Positions 12,100 through 25,885 of a stretch of DNA of 64,000 nucleotides are shown here, in pieces. Position 1 is the first letter of the stretch; the number at the start of each line of letters is the position of its first letter. Origin of the DNA: Spongospora subterranea f. sp. subterranea (lineage: Eukaryota). Where the stretch lies: contig JAUGWO010000121.1 of assembly GCA_049724395.1 (NCBI GenBank), positions 62,001 through 126,000 on the forward strand, in the 5' to 3' direction. The notes beneath the pieces were generated by a model that saw nothing but the letters and a program-made list of their open reading frames with translations, did no database searches and was not told where the DNA came from. The position numbers and the translations under genes are program-made.

Positions 12100-13952
12100 T
12101 GTCAATACAAGTCTTAATGCACAATGCGCCCGGATTAGAGATCCGTTTCAAGGTCGGAAAGTGCGTGCTGGGGGAGGGGGGAGGGAAGGGGGGACACAAT
12201 GAGGTAACATAATTCTCAAGTGATGAATGATGATGCATTCCCATCCTGGCACTTAATCCGGCACTTGCCAGGGTTAAGTTCCCGGTAGATGTCCGAGGGG
12301 TCTTGGTTATGGTTATGGCGCTGACCCCCCCGCAGCGAAACATACGTAGTTGCTGGACTGTTGCTGGCATGGCGGTTTCAATAAAGTGTTTAGAACGTTT
12401 AAGGGATGCGGGCCAGTATTTTTTTCGATATTTCACAAACTTTTGAATCATACTTTATTCGTGACATTTTTACATTGGAAGAAGGTCGATTGTCTCCGCT
12501 AATGGTAAATAATTACATTGGACTAGAAGCTGTGTTTGATCCATTACCCGTTTTGTTGAACAAATAGCCAAACAGACTTTCTCGGTTATACATTAACCAA
12601 GTCAAGAATACCTAATACCATCAATCTTAAAATTATAGCTGCCGACAAAAATACTGGCTTTGTTTCTTTACCATCTGCGACTACCACACACCTCCTGGTA
12701 ATTTGCGTTTGCCGCCACGATTGTTGCCGCATCTGTTTTCCTGAGGACGAAACCTGTTTAGTCAGCCATCGAGGTCTGTTTGAGGAAGCTTCTGAATGGA
12801 TCAGCAGGCCATCTCAAATGTATCTCCTTCGACTAGTGTTTTCAAGCAAATAGAATCTCATATAGAATAGCTTGTGCTGCCTTTCCAAACGGCGGAAACC
12901 TAAATAAATCAAGCCGCCTAGCCAGAATGGTCTCTCTTGTACTCAGACTTTTTTCTGAATTATTCTATCTGGTGACAAGCGTATGTTGAAAGACGGTATA
13001 ACTTAGACATTGCATGTGTAGTGAGCATTATCGTACACCATAATGAAATGGCAATGCGATGCAGATACACAAAGCTACTTCTATTATTTTATTTCTGCAA
13101 AGCTTCACCGAATATATTTGGCTCCTTCTTCAAATGAAAATCTGTGACTTGTATATGGTCGTTTAATCATTGATCCTTTTCTGTACGTACAATCGTTCAA
13201 CCGGTTCCTACCATTGTTTCCTCTTGCCCTCATCATATGGTTCACGTTTGGGGTCTATTGCAATAGTATAATGGGCATGAGAAATGATTGTCAAATTTCC
13301 GGTTTCAATGTTTATTGCCTGCTGGCGATAACGAGCATACGCCACTCATATTCGTCAGACAGCAGCGGGACTGTTCCATCAAGCGTCTCGTTGCTCCCAT
13401 CTGGGCTGGCGAACTCCCGTAATACATCTACAATTCCCTTCGACATCATTTAATATTCCCATTTCTAACCTGCAGTGTTGATATTGGGGTTCGGGGCGTG
13501 CGTCATGTGGTAAATCTATTCGCATACACATCACTCTGACGAAATACGTTGAATTACGTGAATCTGCTGTTGCTGTTGATCACCTCCTCATGAAATCTTT
13601 AACTTGAATTTGTTAAGTTCGAGCAAAACTTTCAGATCTATCAAATTTGTTGTTGTTGAAGCCTTCTCCTCAATTTTATGGCTGAGGGTTTGTGTTAACG
13701 TGTTCTCCGGATAAACAATCGCAATTGTCGTCGCAATTGTAAATAATGGTGACCTTAGGTCGTGCTCTTTGGCGTGGAGGTTCAAGATGGTGGCAATGCT
13801 AAGAACGGCACTGAACCAACAACAGGTCTCGTATTCCGATTGGTGCAGTTGAAGAAAGTGTTTGACGTTGCGTTTAGGTCTTACGAATTGATTCCGCCTA
13901 TGGGTTTTTAACCACCACAGAAACGGCTGTTCGAGCTTCCCACGTTCATACC

Positions 13953-14690
13953 TTGATCCGAGGCTCTCCGATGGCGTCTTCACGCCGGCCCCCGATGTTG
14001 GTCGAACAGGTTTACAGTGAGGTTCATATTCGCAGTAATCTGCTGAGGAGAACAAACACGACTGTCATATTTATGGTTCATGCCTCTAAACCATTTTCCG
14101 TCGTTGTCACTGCTGTCTCAGAAATCGATTTTGAGCTATTCTTGAAGAATTTTTCTGGAGCTGAGAATCTCTTCAACGGATGTCCTACCACCGAGCATGC
14201 AAGCGGGTCCAAGGATATCGAGGTTCGTGTAAACAAATGCGACGAAACCGTGGCCATTGCTGTCATTGAGTCGATTTCGCTCTCTCAAGTTCTGTTTCTT
14301 GTAAAGAGCTCTGTAAAAAGGCATATACTATTCGCCCACAACAAGGCATACGATATTGGGGATATATTTGGCCAGAATGAAGGTGATAGCGAGTGTGTGG
14401 TGTGTTTAACGAATCAGAAAGTGATCGTACTGATGCCGTGCCATCACTTGTGCATTTGTGCCGAATGTAATCGAATGATCGATCGATGTCCAGTATGTCG
14501 CGCCCCTATACAGAACTTCTTATCTCCAGAAGGACCAGCCGTCGCATCGAGGCAAATTAATTCGCCGGTTACTGCACAAATCCCATGTGGAGATCGCCCT
14601 GCTGGGGCCGAGATGACGGGGTCAGAACAGCATCAACGACGCCAGATCAACCTTCCTGATGTGCTCAGCCAAGTTGGTTTAATGCCTTGA
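13953..14690 (+). CDS. RING-HC (C3HC4, LOG2/MGRN1-like) E3 ligase; additional 5' exons probably lie upstream
   Basis: YDIGDIFG...ECVVCLTNQKVIVLMPCHHLCICAECNRMIDRCPVCRAPI. Confidence 0.85.
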   Translation: MIRGSPMASSRRPPMLVEQVYSEVHIRSNLLRRTNTTVIFMVHASKPFSVVVTAVSEIDFELFLKNFSGAENLFNGCPTTEHASGSKDIEVRVNKCDETVAIAVIESISLSQVLFLVKSSVKRHILFAHNKAYDIGDIFGQNEGDSECVVCLTNQKVIVLMPCHHLCICAECNRMIDRCPVCRAPIQNFLSPEGPAVASRQINSPVTAQIPCGDRPAGAEMTGSEQHQRRQINLPDVLSQVGLMP

Positions 14691-14946
14691 ATGCTAAGAT
14701 GTTTCTCTTTGAACTATTTCCTATACTAAATTATATTCTAATGCTGCAAATGTTAGTCGTTTGTGCCTGAGAACGCTTCGGTAGCCAAGCATAAGTATTG
14801 TTATTTTGACTTCAAAGAAATTAAGGAACTCAAAATAACAAGTTGAAACCGGTGCGTCTAAGTGATGGAATTGTTTTGGAATTGTTGAAAGTACACCCTG
14901 ATACAGTTAGTACTATGGTTCGATCCGAAGGAAGGTCAGGTTGCGA

Positions 14947-16137
14947 ATGGTCTCAACCAATTATCCACCAGCCTCTGGGACATTATTAGGGGGTTGCTGG
15001 AGAGTAAACGATAACGCGCTTCTCGGATCTGGAGCATTCGCTAAAGTTATTAGCGCTTACAACGAAGCCGACCGCCAACGCGTCCCCGTCGCTATAAAAA
15101 TCGAACCGATCTCGTCAACGTCACTAAATCGCGAATTGCCGATATTTCAGGGTCTTCGACGATGCTGCAAATCAATGGCCAATGCATGCTGAGATGGGTT
15201 TTGCAAGTAGGTCTTCAAGGATTACGCCACATTCCCAAAATCATATCTAGTTTTGAGGATTGTGCCAATGGAATTCGAGGTGTCAATTCAATAAGTTGAA
15301 TGACCTGAGTTGATCGACTCTCACAGGGATTGTCATGGAGAAATTGGGCCCGAATTTCCGTTCAACACGATGCGCAACTACTCAAGAGGCTCTGGCGTTT
15401 TCGATTGAAGCATTTCAAGCACTGAAAGAGATTCATGAGCGTGGCTTGGTGCACAGGTTCGCTGCATTGTCAACGCTGATTTACCGGGTCTTAATTGCGC
15501 TTTATTTTAGGGATATCAAACCTAGCAATTTTTGTCGCGGCGATGCGGATCGGCATCCCCCGGGAACCGTTTTCTTGATAGACTTCGGTCTATCGGCGCC
15601 GATTTCATTCAACGCCATTGGGGACATCAGTGGCATGTTTGTTGGGACAAAAACTTATGCATCAGTGCGGGCGCATCAAGGATTGCCAATCAGGGGTATC
15701 GATGAGTTTTGGTCGGTCCTGTTCACGGTTGTTGATGTCCTCGGAGGTGAACCCTAACTTTAAACTCAACCATCGAATACTGATCATTTTGAGCAACGCT
15801 AGAGAAGCTTCCATGGCATGAGAAATCGTTAACAATGGCTGATGTGTTAGCAAGAAAACTAAAATGGACGAAAACAGATAAGGGTGAACCGATCATGCAA
15901 GATATAACGTTGAATCAGATTCATCGCCATCTTCGTTGCTGTGGAGATCAAGCCGATACTGAATACATTCACGATCTGATCATTGAACGAATTCAGAAAT
16001 CAGCACCTGCCAAACTCGCTATTATTGCCGAAATTGCAGATCCGGTTCCGGATGTTCGACCAAGAACTCCAACGGGAGAACCTCCATTTCGTTTAGCTCG
16101 ACGCCGACGGTACATTGATAAAATAAACCCACTTTAG
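14947..16137 (+). CDS. Casein kinase 1 / tau-tubulin kinase family protein kinase (multi-exon)
   Basis: LGSGAFAKV, VAIKIE, MEKLGPN, HR|DIKPSNF, LIDFGLS, FVGTKTYASVRAH. Confidence 0.9.
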
Positions 16138-16297
16138 CACATAGCTCTACCATTATCAATGTAATTCAAAACAATCCCCGTAAGAAGACGATCGCGGCTT
16201 AAGTACTGTACGTCTTTACCAAGACCGACAGAAAAGCAGAACGGTTTGAAAAGCCCGTATTCCGAAATGCTATTACACCAAATTGCAGGTAATTCGT

Positions 16298-17859
16298 TTA
16301 TGCCCGCCATCTTGGCGTTAATTTAATTTCTATATCTTTGATTAAACCATTGATATTGAAGCCAGCCGACTTAGCCATTTCCAACATTGATTCAAATTGA
16401 TCTGAGAACTGAGAATCCGTCCTTTTGAATTTTCCTGCGCAGAGAAGAAGGGCCTGGAACGTTTCCGCATTCGGAACGATGTTACTGCTTTCCATGAGGC
16501 GCAAAATGTGGAGACCATCTTCAAAATCATATTCGTTACTAAATGCAAATACCAATTGTAAATCCATCAAGTTTGCATTAACGAACCAGCGGTACAAACC
16601 TGTTATAGTACGAGAATAGAATCATGTTGAAGACCTGAGTGGTTGGTTTGATATTCCATCGGGCCTCCAAATCTCGTAAGAGATCCAAAGCAGCATCAAT
16701 TTGAGGGACAGGATTGCCACATAAAGACCGCATCAGTATTAATCCTGTGGTCTCTGTTGGAAGCGCTCCCTTCGACACCATTACATCCAAGAATCCTTTG
16801 ACGACGTCGGTTGAACAACAGTTCCCACATATCCACATAACTGCATGAATGGATTTATAATCGAAAGGATCGTCCACAGGGCTGTTTGTGGCAATAGGAC
16901 TCGATGATCGCCTCGACCAACGTGTTTCATTGAGAGCGGCAAATGCCGTTGACGGATCGTCATAAGCGGCGGCATGCTCGAAAATCGGGTATAAGTCTAG
17001 TGAAGATATCGTTATGCCCTAAACGCAATACTGAATGGTGAGGCAGCCACACGAGCAAAACACTCACTTCATTGCGAAACGTTTGGAACAGTGAAAAAAT
17101 AAGTGAGGTGTTCAAAGTCGAACAGCAGCTATCGATAATAGCTGCATAAGCGTTTCGCGGTATTAGCCTAAAATCTAGCTTGAGGAGTTCTGCAACTAAC
17201 TCCTGAACTCCTAAAGCATCGTCTTGTTCCAGGTTTTTGACCAAATCCATTTGAAGCTAACTTCAAAATTAACAAACGAGTAGACTGTAAACAAAAACTC
17301 AAACCTGGTAAGCATATGAATCATTCGACGGCTGAAGGTCCCATTCAAACGGTCTTGATGAAGATGGATTTGTCGACGGTGATGGCGTATCGGAAAATGA
17401 ACCGTATAGGATATCCTGTAGAGTTATAGGTTCATGATCAAAGTGAGGTGTGCTATCCTTCAACACTGTCAGCAAGCGAACTCCTCGATTTTCCTCATCT
17501 GGCGCGGAACCGCTGTCAACGTGTTCGGAATCTGAATCGTCAGACTGGTCATCGTCTGCGTCGTCATCTTCGTCGACAGCAAGTACGCTTTCGTGCAATT
17601 CATTATCCGCTTGCTGCAGTGCTCGAAGACAGCTAAACCCTTGATCTATGGACGCTCGTAGACCCATCTCCGGATACGAACGGAATTTGTTTCGAGCAAC
17701 TTCTTCGGCAGATTCGTCGGACAAGAAGAACTGCAGACCAACAGCGTTGACAATAGCTGGTGTGTCCAACAGGGGTTCGATGAACTTGGGCGGTATTGCG
17801 TCATCAAAGCGGCGACAGGCCCTCAGAATCGCTCTATATAAACGTGTTGGCACTGACAT
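16298..17859 (-). CDS. Pentatricopeptide-repeat (PPR) protein with an N-terminal LYR-like motif (multi-exon)
   Basis: PPR-like repeats AYAAIIDSCC, LPTETTGLILMRSLC, IKPTTQVFNMIL, IVPNAETFQALL. N-terminus MSVPTRLYRAILRACRRF. Confidence 0.75.
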
Positions 17860-18550
17860 TTTCGAATCAAATTTATTGGAGGAACGCCTCAATTTAACAT
17901 TAGTCCGTGCCTGTGGTGGCGTGGCCTCAACCATTGATACCTGACACGGCCACACGGCCCAGCGTTGCTCGACCTCGTGTAACGTGAGTACGGACAACTC
18001 ACCTCCGTAAAGGGTTTTTTTCGCTTTCACCGCCAACGTTGAGGGTCGGTAGGATCTTCAGGTTTCAAGTTTTGTTTGATCCGAGCACGTTTTCAACGGG
18101 CGTAGTAACGATTATGTAAGCGCAGCATCTTACCGAAAACCAACGAAATGTCAAAATTGCAAAACGACAGATTGCTGGCATGTGACTCATTTCGCACTAC
18201 ATCTCCGCCGGGCGCTAACTCGTAAACACAAAACAAAGCCCGGGTAAACGAGGATTTTCCGGAGCATCAACATCTACATCGAATTGTGCTGTTAGAATCC
18301 TTAACGCTTAGTACTGGATGTAAACAATGCCCACTAATCATGTTTGCCTATCTATAAAATGAGAGCAGCAATTCAGCAACAACAGTGATCAGGGCCTCAA
18401 CAGACGTTCCTGACTTCACGGCACCAATTGTACACTACTGTGTACATGTCATTGACTTATAATTGTCCGCAATCTTCATGTCCATCCGGCAATCGCCCCG
18501 TTACACCAATCTGCAATCGTCTTTTTTCCTAACGACGCAGCAACCCTGTT

Positions 18551-21500
18551 ATGTTTACTACTCCTGCAATCTATTTACTCATATTTTCCATCGATCACAT
18601 CGCCCCTGCCTACGACATAGTCGATAGAGGATGAAGCGCCCCAGTGAAATTAGGTAGACAATCCCTCATACTTTCCATGCCTTTTTGCCTGATAGACCTG
18701 TCCAGACCGCTTGTGGACCAACATGGTTACTTTACCATGCTTCGAGATTTGTCAAAGATGCCAGTTCTTGACGGTTCTTTTGTTCAATTCGGATTGATGG
18801 ATAGTATTTTGGATGGATCTGCTCTAGCCCACCGAATCAGAGGTCCTGCAAGGGCATACAGGCAGGTTCGCGCCATTATTTTCCTTCGCTTTCGTCGCGG
18901 CTTATACAATATTGTGTTCAGCTTGTTGCCCGTTGTCTTCGCTTGATCAGCTCCAGCATTCTGCTTGTAAGAGATTGTGAAAACATTCCAGAGGAAATTT
19001 GCGGTTAGTGGTGTATATTTGACGTTTGGCAACATGAATCACGCTTAACTTCTTTCAGTGAAGTTTGCGGTCCCGAATCAATCTGGGTAGTCGCCTCAAA
19101 CTGCAGTTTATCATTGATATCTTACACCTGTACTTTTGCAGTTATTTGGATGCTGGACCCTATTCGCTGCTCTTTCTAGATGGATTTTTTTCGAGTCAGA
19201 ACGGTGTTGAACCATTAACCGTTTCGGTGTCTAAGGACATGTTTTCATCGGCCCTGCAAAGCACCCATGTCGCTCCACACTTGATGAAGCTTGTCTGGCA
19301 ACAAGCGCTCGCTGAGATTACGTCTAGCAACTCTAGCGACAGGAAAACTCGTCTGCTTAAATTTTTGGTAGTTTTCTCAATTTTCAAGTTATTGTTCAAG
19401 CTACTTTTATGAACCAGCCTTGTGTTTAGATCACGACGAAATCCCTGTGCAATTATATTTGCGAAAATCCTGACAAAGTATGCATTCCGGGTCATCGTGT
19501 CGCAACAGTTTCGCTGCTGGGTTCAGAGATGCTTCAGCTTGGTGTCGCAGCGGCGGATCCATCTTTTTTTTGTTTCGACCCAAATCTCGAAGACATAGAC
19601 CGCCATCTGAAAACAGAAATTGTGGATTTTGTTTCGTTGGGACGGATTGTTTGTTCTCCTCAATTCTTGATTTCTATGATTCATCATCTCGCCGCAAGGT
19701 GTCTAGAAATGTTAAGTGCGTTTGATTCTGCTCTGCGATCCTATCTAGCAACTGTAGATTCTTTAGACTTTGGGTGGATGTCGATTGATCAATTCTTTGA
19801 ATAGGTCCCACAAATCAGCGAGCTTCCCTGCTTGTCAAGTCGATTATTATGCAGCGTAGTTCATGAGCGTTTGTGCTATAATAGAGTTCTACAGCGCTTG
19901 CAACGAGAATCATTTGGTGATTATTTCATTCGTTGCCTCGTAAGCGACAGGGAAATCAGCGAAGATGACAAAAGTATTTAGGCGTAAATCTACAGCATCA
20001 TCATGGGTCCGTTAAGATTTTTTATGTTTGCTTACAGGGACGCTAGATGTATCTGCAACAATCGAAATATATGCGAATTTCGTGAAGGATAGCTTCGCTG
20101 ATAAAAGCGGTGGATTCTGCGGGAAGGGTCGTGTGGAATCGTTGACATGGGCTCAATTGATCTCCATTCTGAGGAGACATCCGGAGCTTATTTCGTATTG
20201 GTTCGCTCGATTTGTAGCAGAATCTTTATATCTTTTCGGTTATGTTAATGACTCACCAAAACGGCGCCTAAAGTACACAATGTGCTCATATTAACTATTT
20301 GGGGAATTAAATTTCGGAAACAGATTACGGGCAGGATCATACCAAAGCTGTGCGTATTTGTTGCAATTCCAGAGCATCTCCGATCTCGAAAAATTACGCC
20401 CTTTTCATGATTGGTATGTCAAGTCGCCTGTGTTGTCGCTTTTGGAACTTGAAGAAACAATTGTACAATAGGTCAGAAATTGATATTATTTCACCTGCCG
20501 AACGCGACATTTTCGATTCTTTGGGAGGCGTGGCATCCGTCAACGTATCAGAAATAATATCGAAACTGGAAAGCTCAGTTCACGTTACTGATTATCATGC
20601 TGGATCCTATCGCGTTGAAAATGTTTTCATCGGCGATGCGGCGGTGAGCGTTTTGGTTGAGCACGGTGTAGCACGCGATATTTATCACGGCCACGCTCTA
20701 ATGAGTTTGTTGATTTCTCGCCGGGCGATTCGCTGCGTCCCTTCTGGAAACGGTGGGGGTTTTGTGCCCGGCAGGACATTGTATCGGTTCGGGATCCATC
20801 AATGGTCAGGCGCATTGGTTACTACTAGAGAATTTTCCCGTATGGTAATGAACGATAATGCGCATGGAAATGTTTTTCTTCTGATCTCTGTTGTAGGTTG
20901 ACGCGGCTTATCTAGCGGGGCATGCAGCCAAGGTCACTGTTAGGAACGAAGAAAATCATGTGGCCGGAAATCAACGAATAATGCATATAGAGTTCCGGAA
21001 CTTGCTCAACTTTATGTCCCAAAATATCCCTATCTGCTGTGAAGGAAGCACGCATTCTTCGGTCTTGGAGTTTAGTGGAGCGGCATTTGCCTCGCTTCTT
21101 CTTCAACATGTAATTTGTTGTGACGTACCAAGCAGTGAGCTGTTGGGGCAGGTGCTTCTTTCAGCTGGTATTATGCAAGAAATTCCTGCAATTGTTAGTT
21201 TTAATGTTGCTCGACCAATGTCGTTTATTGTGTCATCATATATTTGATGTAGAATTCCTGCGAAAGAGCGTTCCGGTCTTCCAGTAGGTTTCGATATTTG
21301 CTGAGAGAGCACCTAAGTGAGGCAGGTGATGAATTGTCTCGTGTTGACGCAAGTCTTGTTTCTGGTGAAGAGGAGCCTTCTCTGGAAGGTCATGTTCAAG
21401 TCCAAGAGCATCGTGCTTTAACTGAACCAAATAATGATGTTACTGAGGAGGAGACAGAAAGTGCACCACTTAATAATCGCGACGAAAACGTACATTATGA

Positions 21501-22079
21501 CCAAGAAGATTGCGCTCCTCTCGCCATTGAGTCCGCTGATCGCCAAGAAATCGCATTAATTGGCGAAGAAAATCCAGTTCCTGCTGGAGAACTTGAACCT
21601 GATGTAATTGGCGAAGAAAATCCAGTTCCTGCTGGGGAACTTGAACCTGATGTGCCACTTAATGTTAAATTTATTCACCAGATTCGTAAGAATATCTTAT
21701 GAACAATTTCTGTGGACATCAAGCTGAGGAGTTTACAGACTTTTTATCATCCGCGGATTCAATATCTGCTCTGGTGGCGCGTATGGTTGCTGAAATTCCA
21801 ATGCACACTCTCCTACGAGTATTTAGTAATCATGTTAGCTACTTTCGTGCATCTGAAGCAATGCATTTTTTCTTAAGGTCTTATTGTACTGCAGCGTAAT
21901 CGGGTTGCTGAACTCGTTTGTTTTCTAGAATCGGGATTGTTCACTCATATGAAGAAGCTGTTCTTCTTGGCCAATTTCTTCAACTAACTGGCGCCATTCA
22001 GCCTCTCAATCCCCGAGGAGAATTTCCAAGTGCTGTCAAATTCATCTTTTCCAACCCTGGATCAGTGGAAGAACATTAA
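18551..22079 (+). CDS. Large multi-exon protein with C-terminal DEP domains; 5' end approximate
   Basis: VTDYHAGSYRVENVFIGDAAVSVLVEHGVARDIYHGHALMSLLISRRAIRCV...RTLYRF is a DEP domain. Similar segments at about 21000-21250 (FSGAAFASLL...LLGQVLLSAGIM) and about 21780-22060 (YFRASEAMHFFL...EEAVLLGQFLQLTGAI). Confidence 0.6.
21557..21654 (+). repeat. 48-bp coding tandem duplication (2 copies; IGEENPVPAGELEPDV x2)
   Basis: TAATTGGCGAAGAAAATCCAGTTCCTGCTGG... at 21557 and 21605. Confidence 0.95.
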
Positions 22080-22731
22080 TACAATGTCATTACGTAAGCG
22101 TTTACCTGCCTAGCTTCGTTGTGGAAGATTTTGTCGCAAATGATGCGGCATAGTCCTCTTTGTATTTGTATTGATTCTATTTCAAGTGAAGACTAATACA
22201 TATGCTGTATATAATACTTAAATTTGATAACCAATTTGTTTCAAAGTTTCCGTGGTGGATTGTTTCGAGGTGTCGTCTCAGTCGATGCTTACTTACCCAC
22301 TTTGCAACTTCTTGTCGAGGGCAGTGCAATATTGCTCGTCAAGGAATCCGTCTCAATAAAAGGGAAAAAGGGGAGCATTACATGCGGCAAATCACAACTG
22401 AAAGGTTACTGAATACGAAATTTCCTTATTCGGTGTTCATTTGAAACCATAAATCCTTTTCTCCGCCGAGGTTCGTATGGGATGATTGAAAACTAGATCT
22501 CTTTGCGAATTGCTAGCCCTTTTCTATCATGTCAGAGTTGCCTTGCATTACTTGTACGACCCTGGTAGTTACTCTACTCACTTTGGCCTCAGGGTGTTCG
22601 ATCTGAAATCCCGACAGAGACTCATACGATAAAACAGCCTGTTACGGGAAAAGGTCATCAAATGTGACATTTCCTCTTACAAGATAAAAGACAAAATGCA
22701 ATTGTAAGTACTTGAAACTGCTTAGTTTATT

Positions 22732-23729
22732 CTATTCAAGCTGGGGAGAGATGCAGCATTTCTGTAAAAAATGCGCGATTCGACTCAACATCTCGTCGCA
22801 CGTCGCAAATGAGTTTCCAAATCCAGGATTTCTTATGTAGTTAAGGCAGGCCTGAGAATCCGACCAGCTTTGTATAAGCTCCGGAAACTTATCTATTGCT
22901 TGATGTAAAAACGCTAATGCCTGGGAAGGCACGGCATCTCCAGCAAAGAGAAACGCTTCAATGTCTTGAATGATAAAATTGAGGAAGTATCGCGCAGACT
23001 TGTCTATGAAGAAGTTAATTGAAGTTAAAAAACTTCCAGATTTCATACCCGTCAGGCATTCAAACTGAGAAGGTTCCATATTGTCGAAGGACTCCCGCAG
23101 AACCTGTACGTTTGGCAATTAATATCAATGATTTGCAGTTCTGGCGACATACAGAAGAATTGCGCCTATTTCTGATCACAAAGTCGCCGAAAGGTTGCAT
23201 TTCGCTCTCGTCATCATTCATATCCTTGGTATCAACTCTATTGCTGTCCCTAAAAATAGGACAACTCATAGAAATACTTTTTGCTTGGGACTCCTCAAGA
23301 AATTGTACTCTGCGCGATGGAGACACATCTGAACATGCCAACTCATTGAAATTTTAATCAGCGATCCTTTAACTGCAGACCCCCTTGCCGTTTACCGCAA
23401 CGATTAGGAATCAAATGAGAAATCTGCTCAATCAATTTTTTGATCTCACTATAATTGGTTGAGCTGGCTTCAGTCTGTATCAAAATTTGTTTAAGCATGT
23501 TTCGATGCCGTTCGTGAAGCCTGTAACTTTGAACCTGCCAGCGGCCCAGTTCAGTCACCAAAGTTATTAACTCTATCATGAGTCAATCAGTCATCACAAT
23601 CGACGCACAGATTCTAACCGAACCATCGATCTGGCCCCGAAGGCGGTCAATGGCGTCCCAACAACGGTGATGTACGGTAAATGATCGCCTTTCATCAAGT
23701 TGTGAAGGAGACGCAGATGTATCTGACAT
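22732..23729 (-). CDS. Hypothetical protein (multi-exon; 3' end uncertain)
   Basis: Chain of same-strand ORFs 23583-23729, 23358-23579, 23060-23341, 22732-23118 with helical/coiled-coil character. No recognisable domain. Confidence 0.45.
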
Positions 23730-24065
23730 TACTAATATAATATCTGGACATATCCCGTAACAATTCCAAATTCCTGTATCCACTAGATGCCTCAGTCTGA
23801 CGTGGGGCGATGCGCTCTCGAACCCTTTATGTTATCAAACGGGGTTACCTTGACTAACGTAGCGATACAGTCAACTCAGTCAACTTCACGGTCAACGCCA
23901 CGATATTTACGTTGCTGGTGTGCTACGTGGGAATGTACCCAGTTGTAAATGCATGCTGTGCACTGGAACTTTCGGGTAACCTGACGCCCAATCAATCAAT
24001 CCCGTGTCTGTTTGGACGGAAACACTAAATCCATGTGAGGACCGCGACACCGCGACCCAGATAGG

Positions 24066-25731
24066 ATGGTCACAGATGAAATACGGTGTGAAGATCATGC
24101 CCTTTTGTGTTTTATGTTGCTGGTAGCGTCACAGGCAGGGCCGCTGATCTGGTACCTGGTGGCCGGTCACGACGGGTTCAAACACCCAAACAGGCAAGGA
24201 CAAGGGCACAGGCGACGACCATTGTATAGCTTGCGTGTCTACACAGGGCGAGGCGGGGGTCGTTGGATCAACCTGTCCTGGGATCCATCAAAACACCACC
24301 ATAACGAATCCCTATTATGGCACCATCATCCAACGCTAGCAGTACATTCAATGCCGACGCAAATGCTTTCGAACCCAGCGATAACTTCATTCCATCACCA
24401 TGCGTTTGGGTAGGCAATGTTTGCCCAATTGTCACTGAAAGCGATTTGCGGCGCGTATTTAGCCCGTTCGGTGATATACGCTTATTGAGAGTGTTTCCCA
24501 AATCAAAATGCGCGTTCGTCACGTTTTCTACATCGGAACAGGCGATGGCGTCCGCAGTAGTGGAAGGAACACTTCTAGGGACAATGAACTTAACGCTGTA
24601 AGTAATTTGAAGCCACATCTTCTTTAGCTACCCATTCGTCTGACCTTTTTTGGTCTATAAGGAACGTTGGAAGGGCATCTCGGCATCTCTGGGTTGGTAA
24701 TATCGGCCTTCAAATTTCTGAAGATCGTCTTTACAGCATGTTCGCAGAGGTTAAACAAAATAGTCACTCTGAGTAAATTCATGATTTAGTGTTTTTGTGA
24801 ATACTGTTGATTGGGCAATACTCCTTGGATCAATCAGCAATTTTTCTGACGTGATATCCCAGTTCGGAGAGGTTGAGAGTATTCGCATATTAAGGAATAA
24901 CCGATCAGCATTTGTCAACATGCGGCAAGAGAAGCATGCTCTACAAGCGGCTCAATCATTGAACGGATGTATACTCGGCAGGGATAAGATCACTATCAAT
25001 TTCCAATGGGAGGAGCATCGAAGTTATGTCATGGACAATTCAGCAGGATCTGGCCAACAATCTGGGTCAGACTCTTCTCAATTAGAAATTTCGGATAACT
25101 CGGTAAAAACCGAAGAAAAGAAACAAGTTCATTTCGACTAAGGCTTGCTACAGTTACTTTCATCGGGCGGTTTTGATAATCAGTTTGACTGTCCATCGCG
25201 CCAGCTCTTTATTGGGAATATCGACCCGTCCATCAGCCAGTCGGTGTTATTGTCGCTATTCCACCAGTTCGGCCAGGTGGAACATATCAAGCGATTTGTC
25301 GATCGATGCTATGCTTTTGTGATTTATGTTAACATTTCCGATGCAATATGGTGCCGCGAACAGCTAGCATTATTCCCGCCTGTGATTCGTGGCCGAACCC
25401 TTATTGTTAACTACGGCAAGACCACAATGGTAATTGAGCAACTATGAGTATTCACGATAGGCAATAATTTGTTCATTCACTCCAGTCCTGGAACACCAGC
25501 AGATCTCGTGGTCAGCGTTCACTAGAAATGCGAACGAGAACACGAACCTACTATTATTATCCCCCAATTACAGATGGGTTCGAGTTTGACCCATTTGAAG
25601 GAGCACAGCCCGTATTGTATACAGGGAACGAATATGAAAACGGAACAATCTACGACGACGAGAGAACGGAGAATCAGGAGCCCTCAAATTCATCTTGTGA
25701 AGATGCACAAAAAGGAGCGGGGAAATCGTAA
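24066..25731 (+). CDS. Multi-RRM RNA-binding protein (multi-exon)
   Basis: Three RRMs: VWVGNV...CAFVTF; SRHLWVGNI...SAFVNM; RQLFIGNI...YAFVIY. PAM2-like FNADANAFEP. Confidence 0.88.
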
Positions 25732-25885
25732 ATCAGTATTGTTGAATCATTACTAATCATATATTTTTTGTATTTAATATAATGAAAATTTATCGAATTA
25801 AAAGCCAAGATTTTCATAAAAGTTAATCGACTCATAAGGCCGACGATGGGATTCTGCAAACAATACTACAGTACTACCATAGAAA

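Noticed and set aside
12200..13500. Gene or decayed element in the ORF-poor region upstream of PDI
   Set aside because: Short minus-strand frames are interrupted by stops and no domain was recognised, so no call can be supported.
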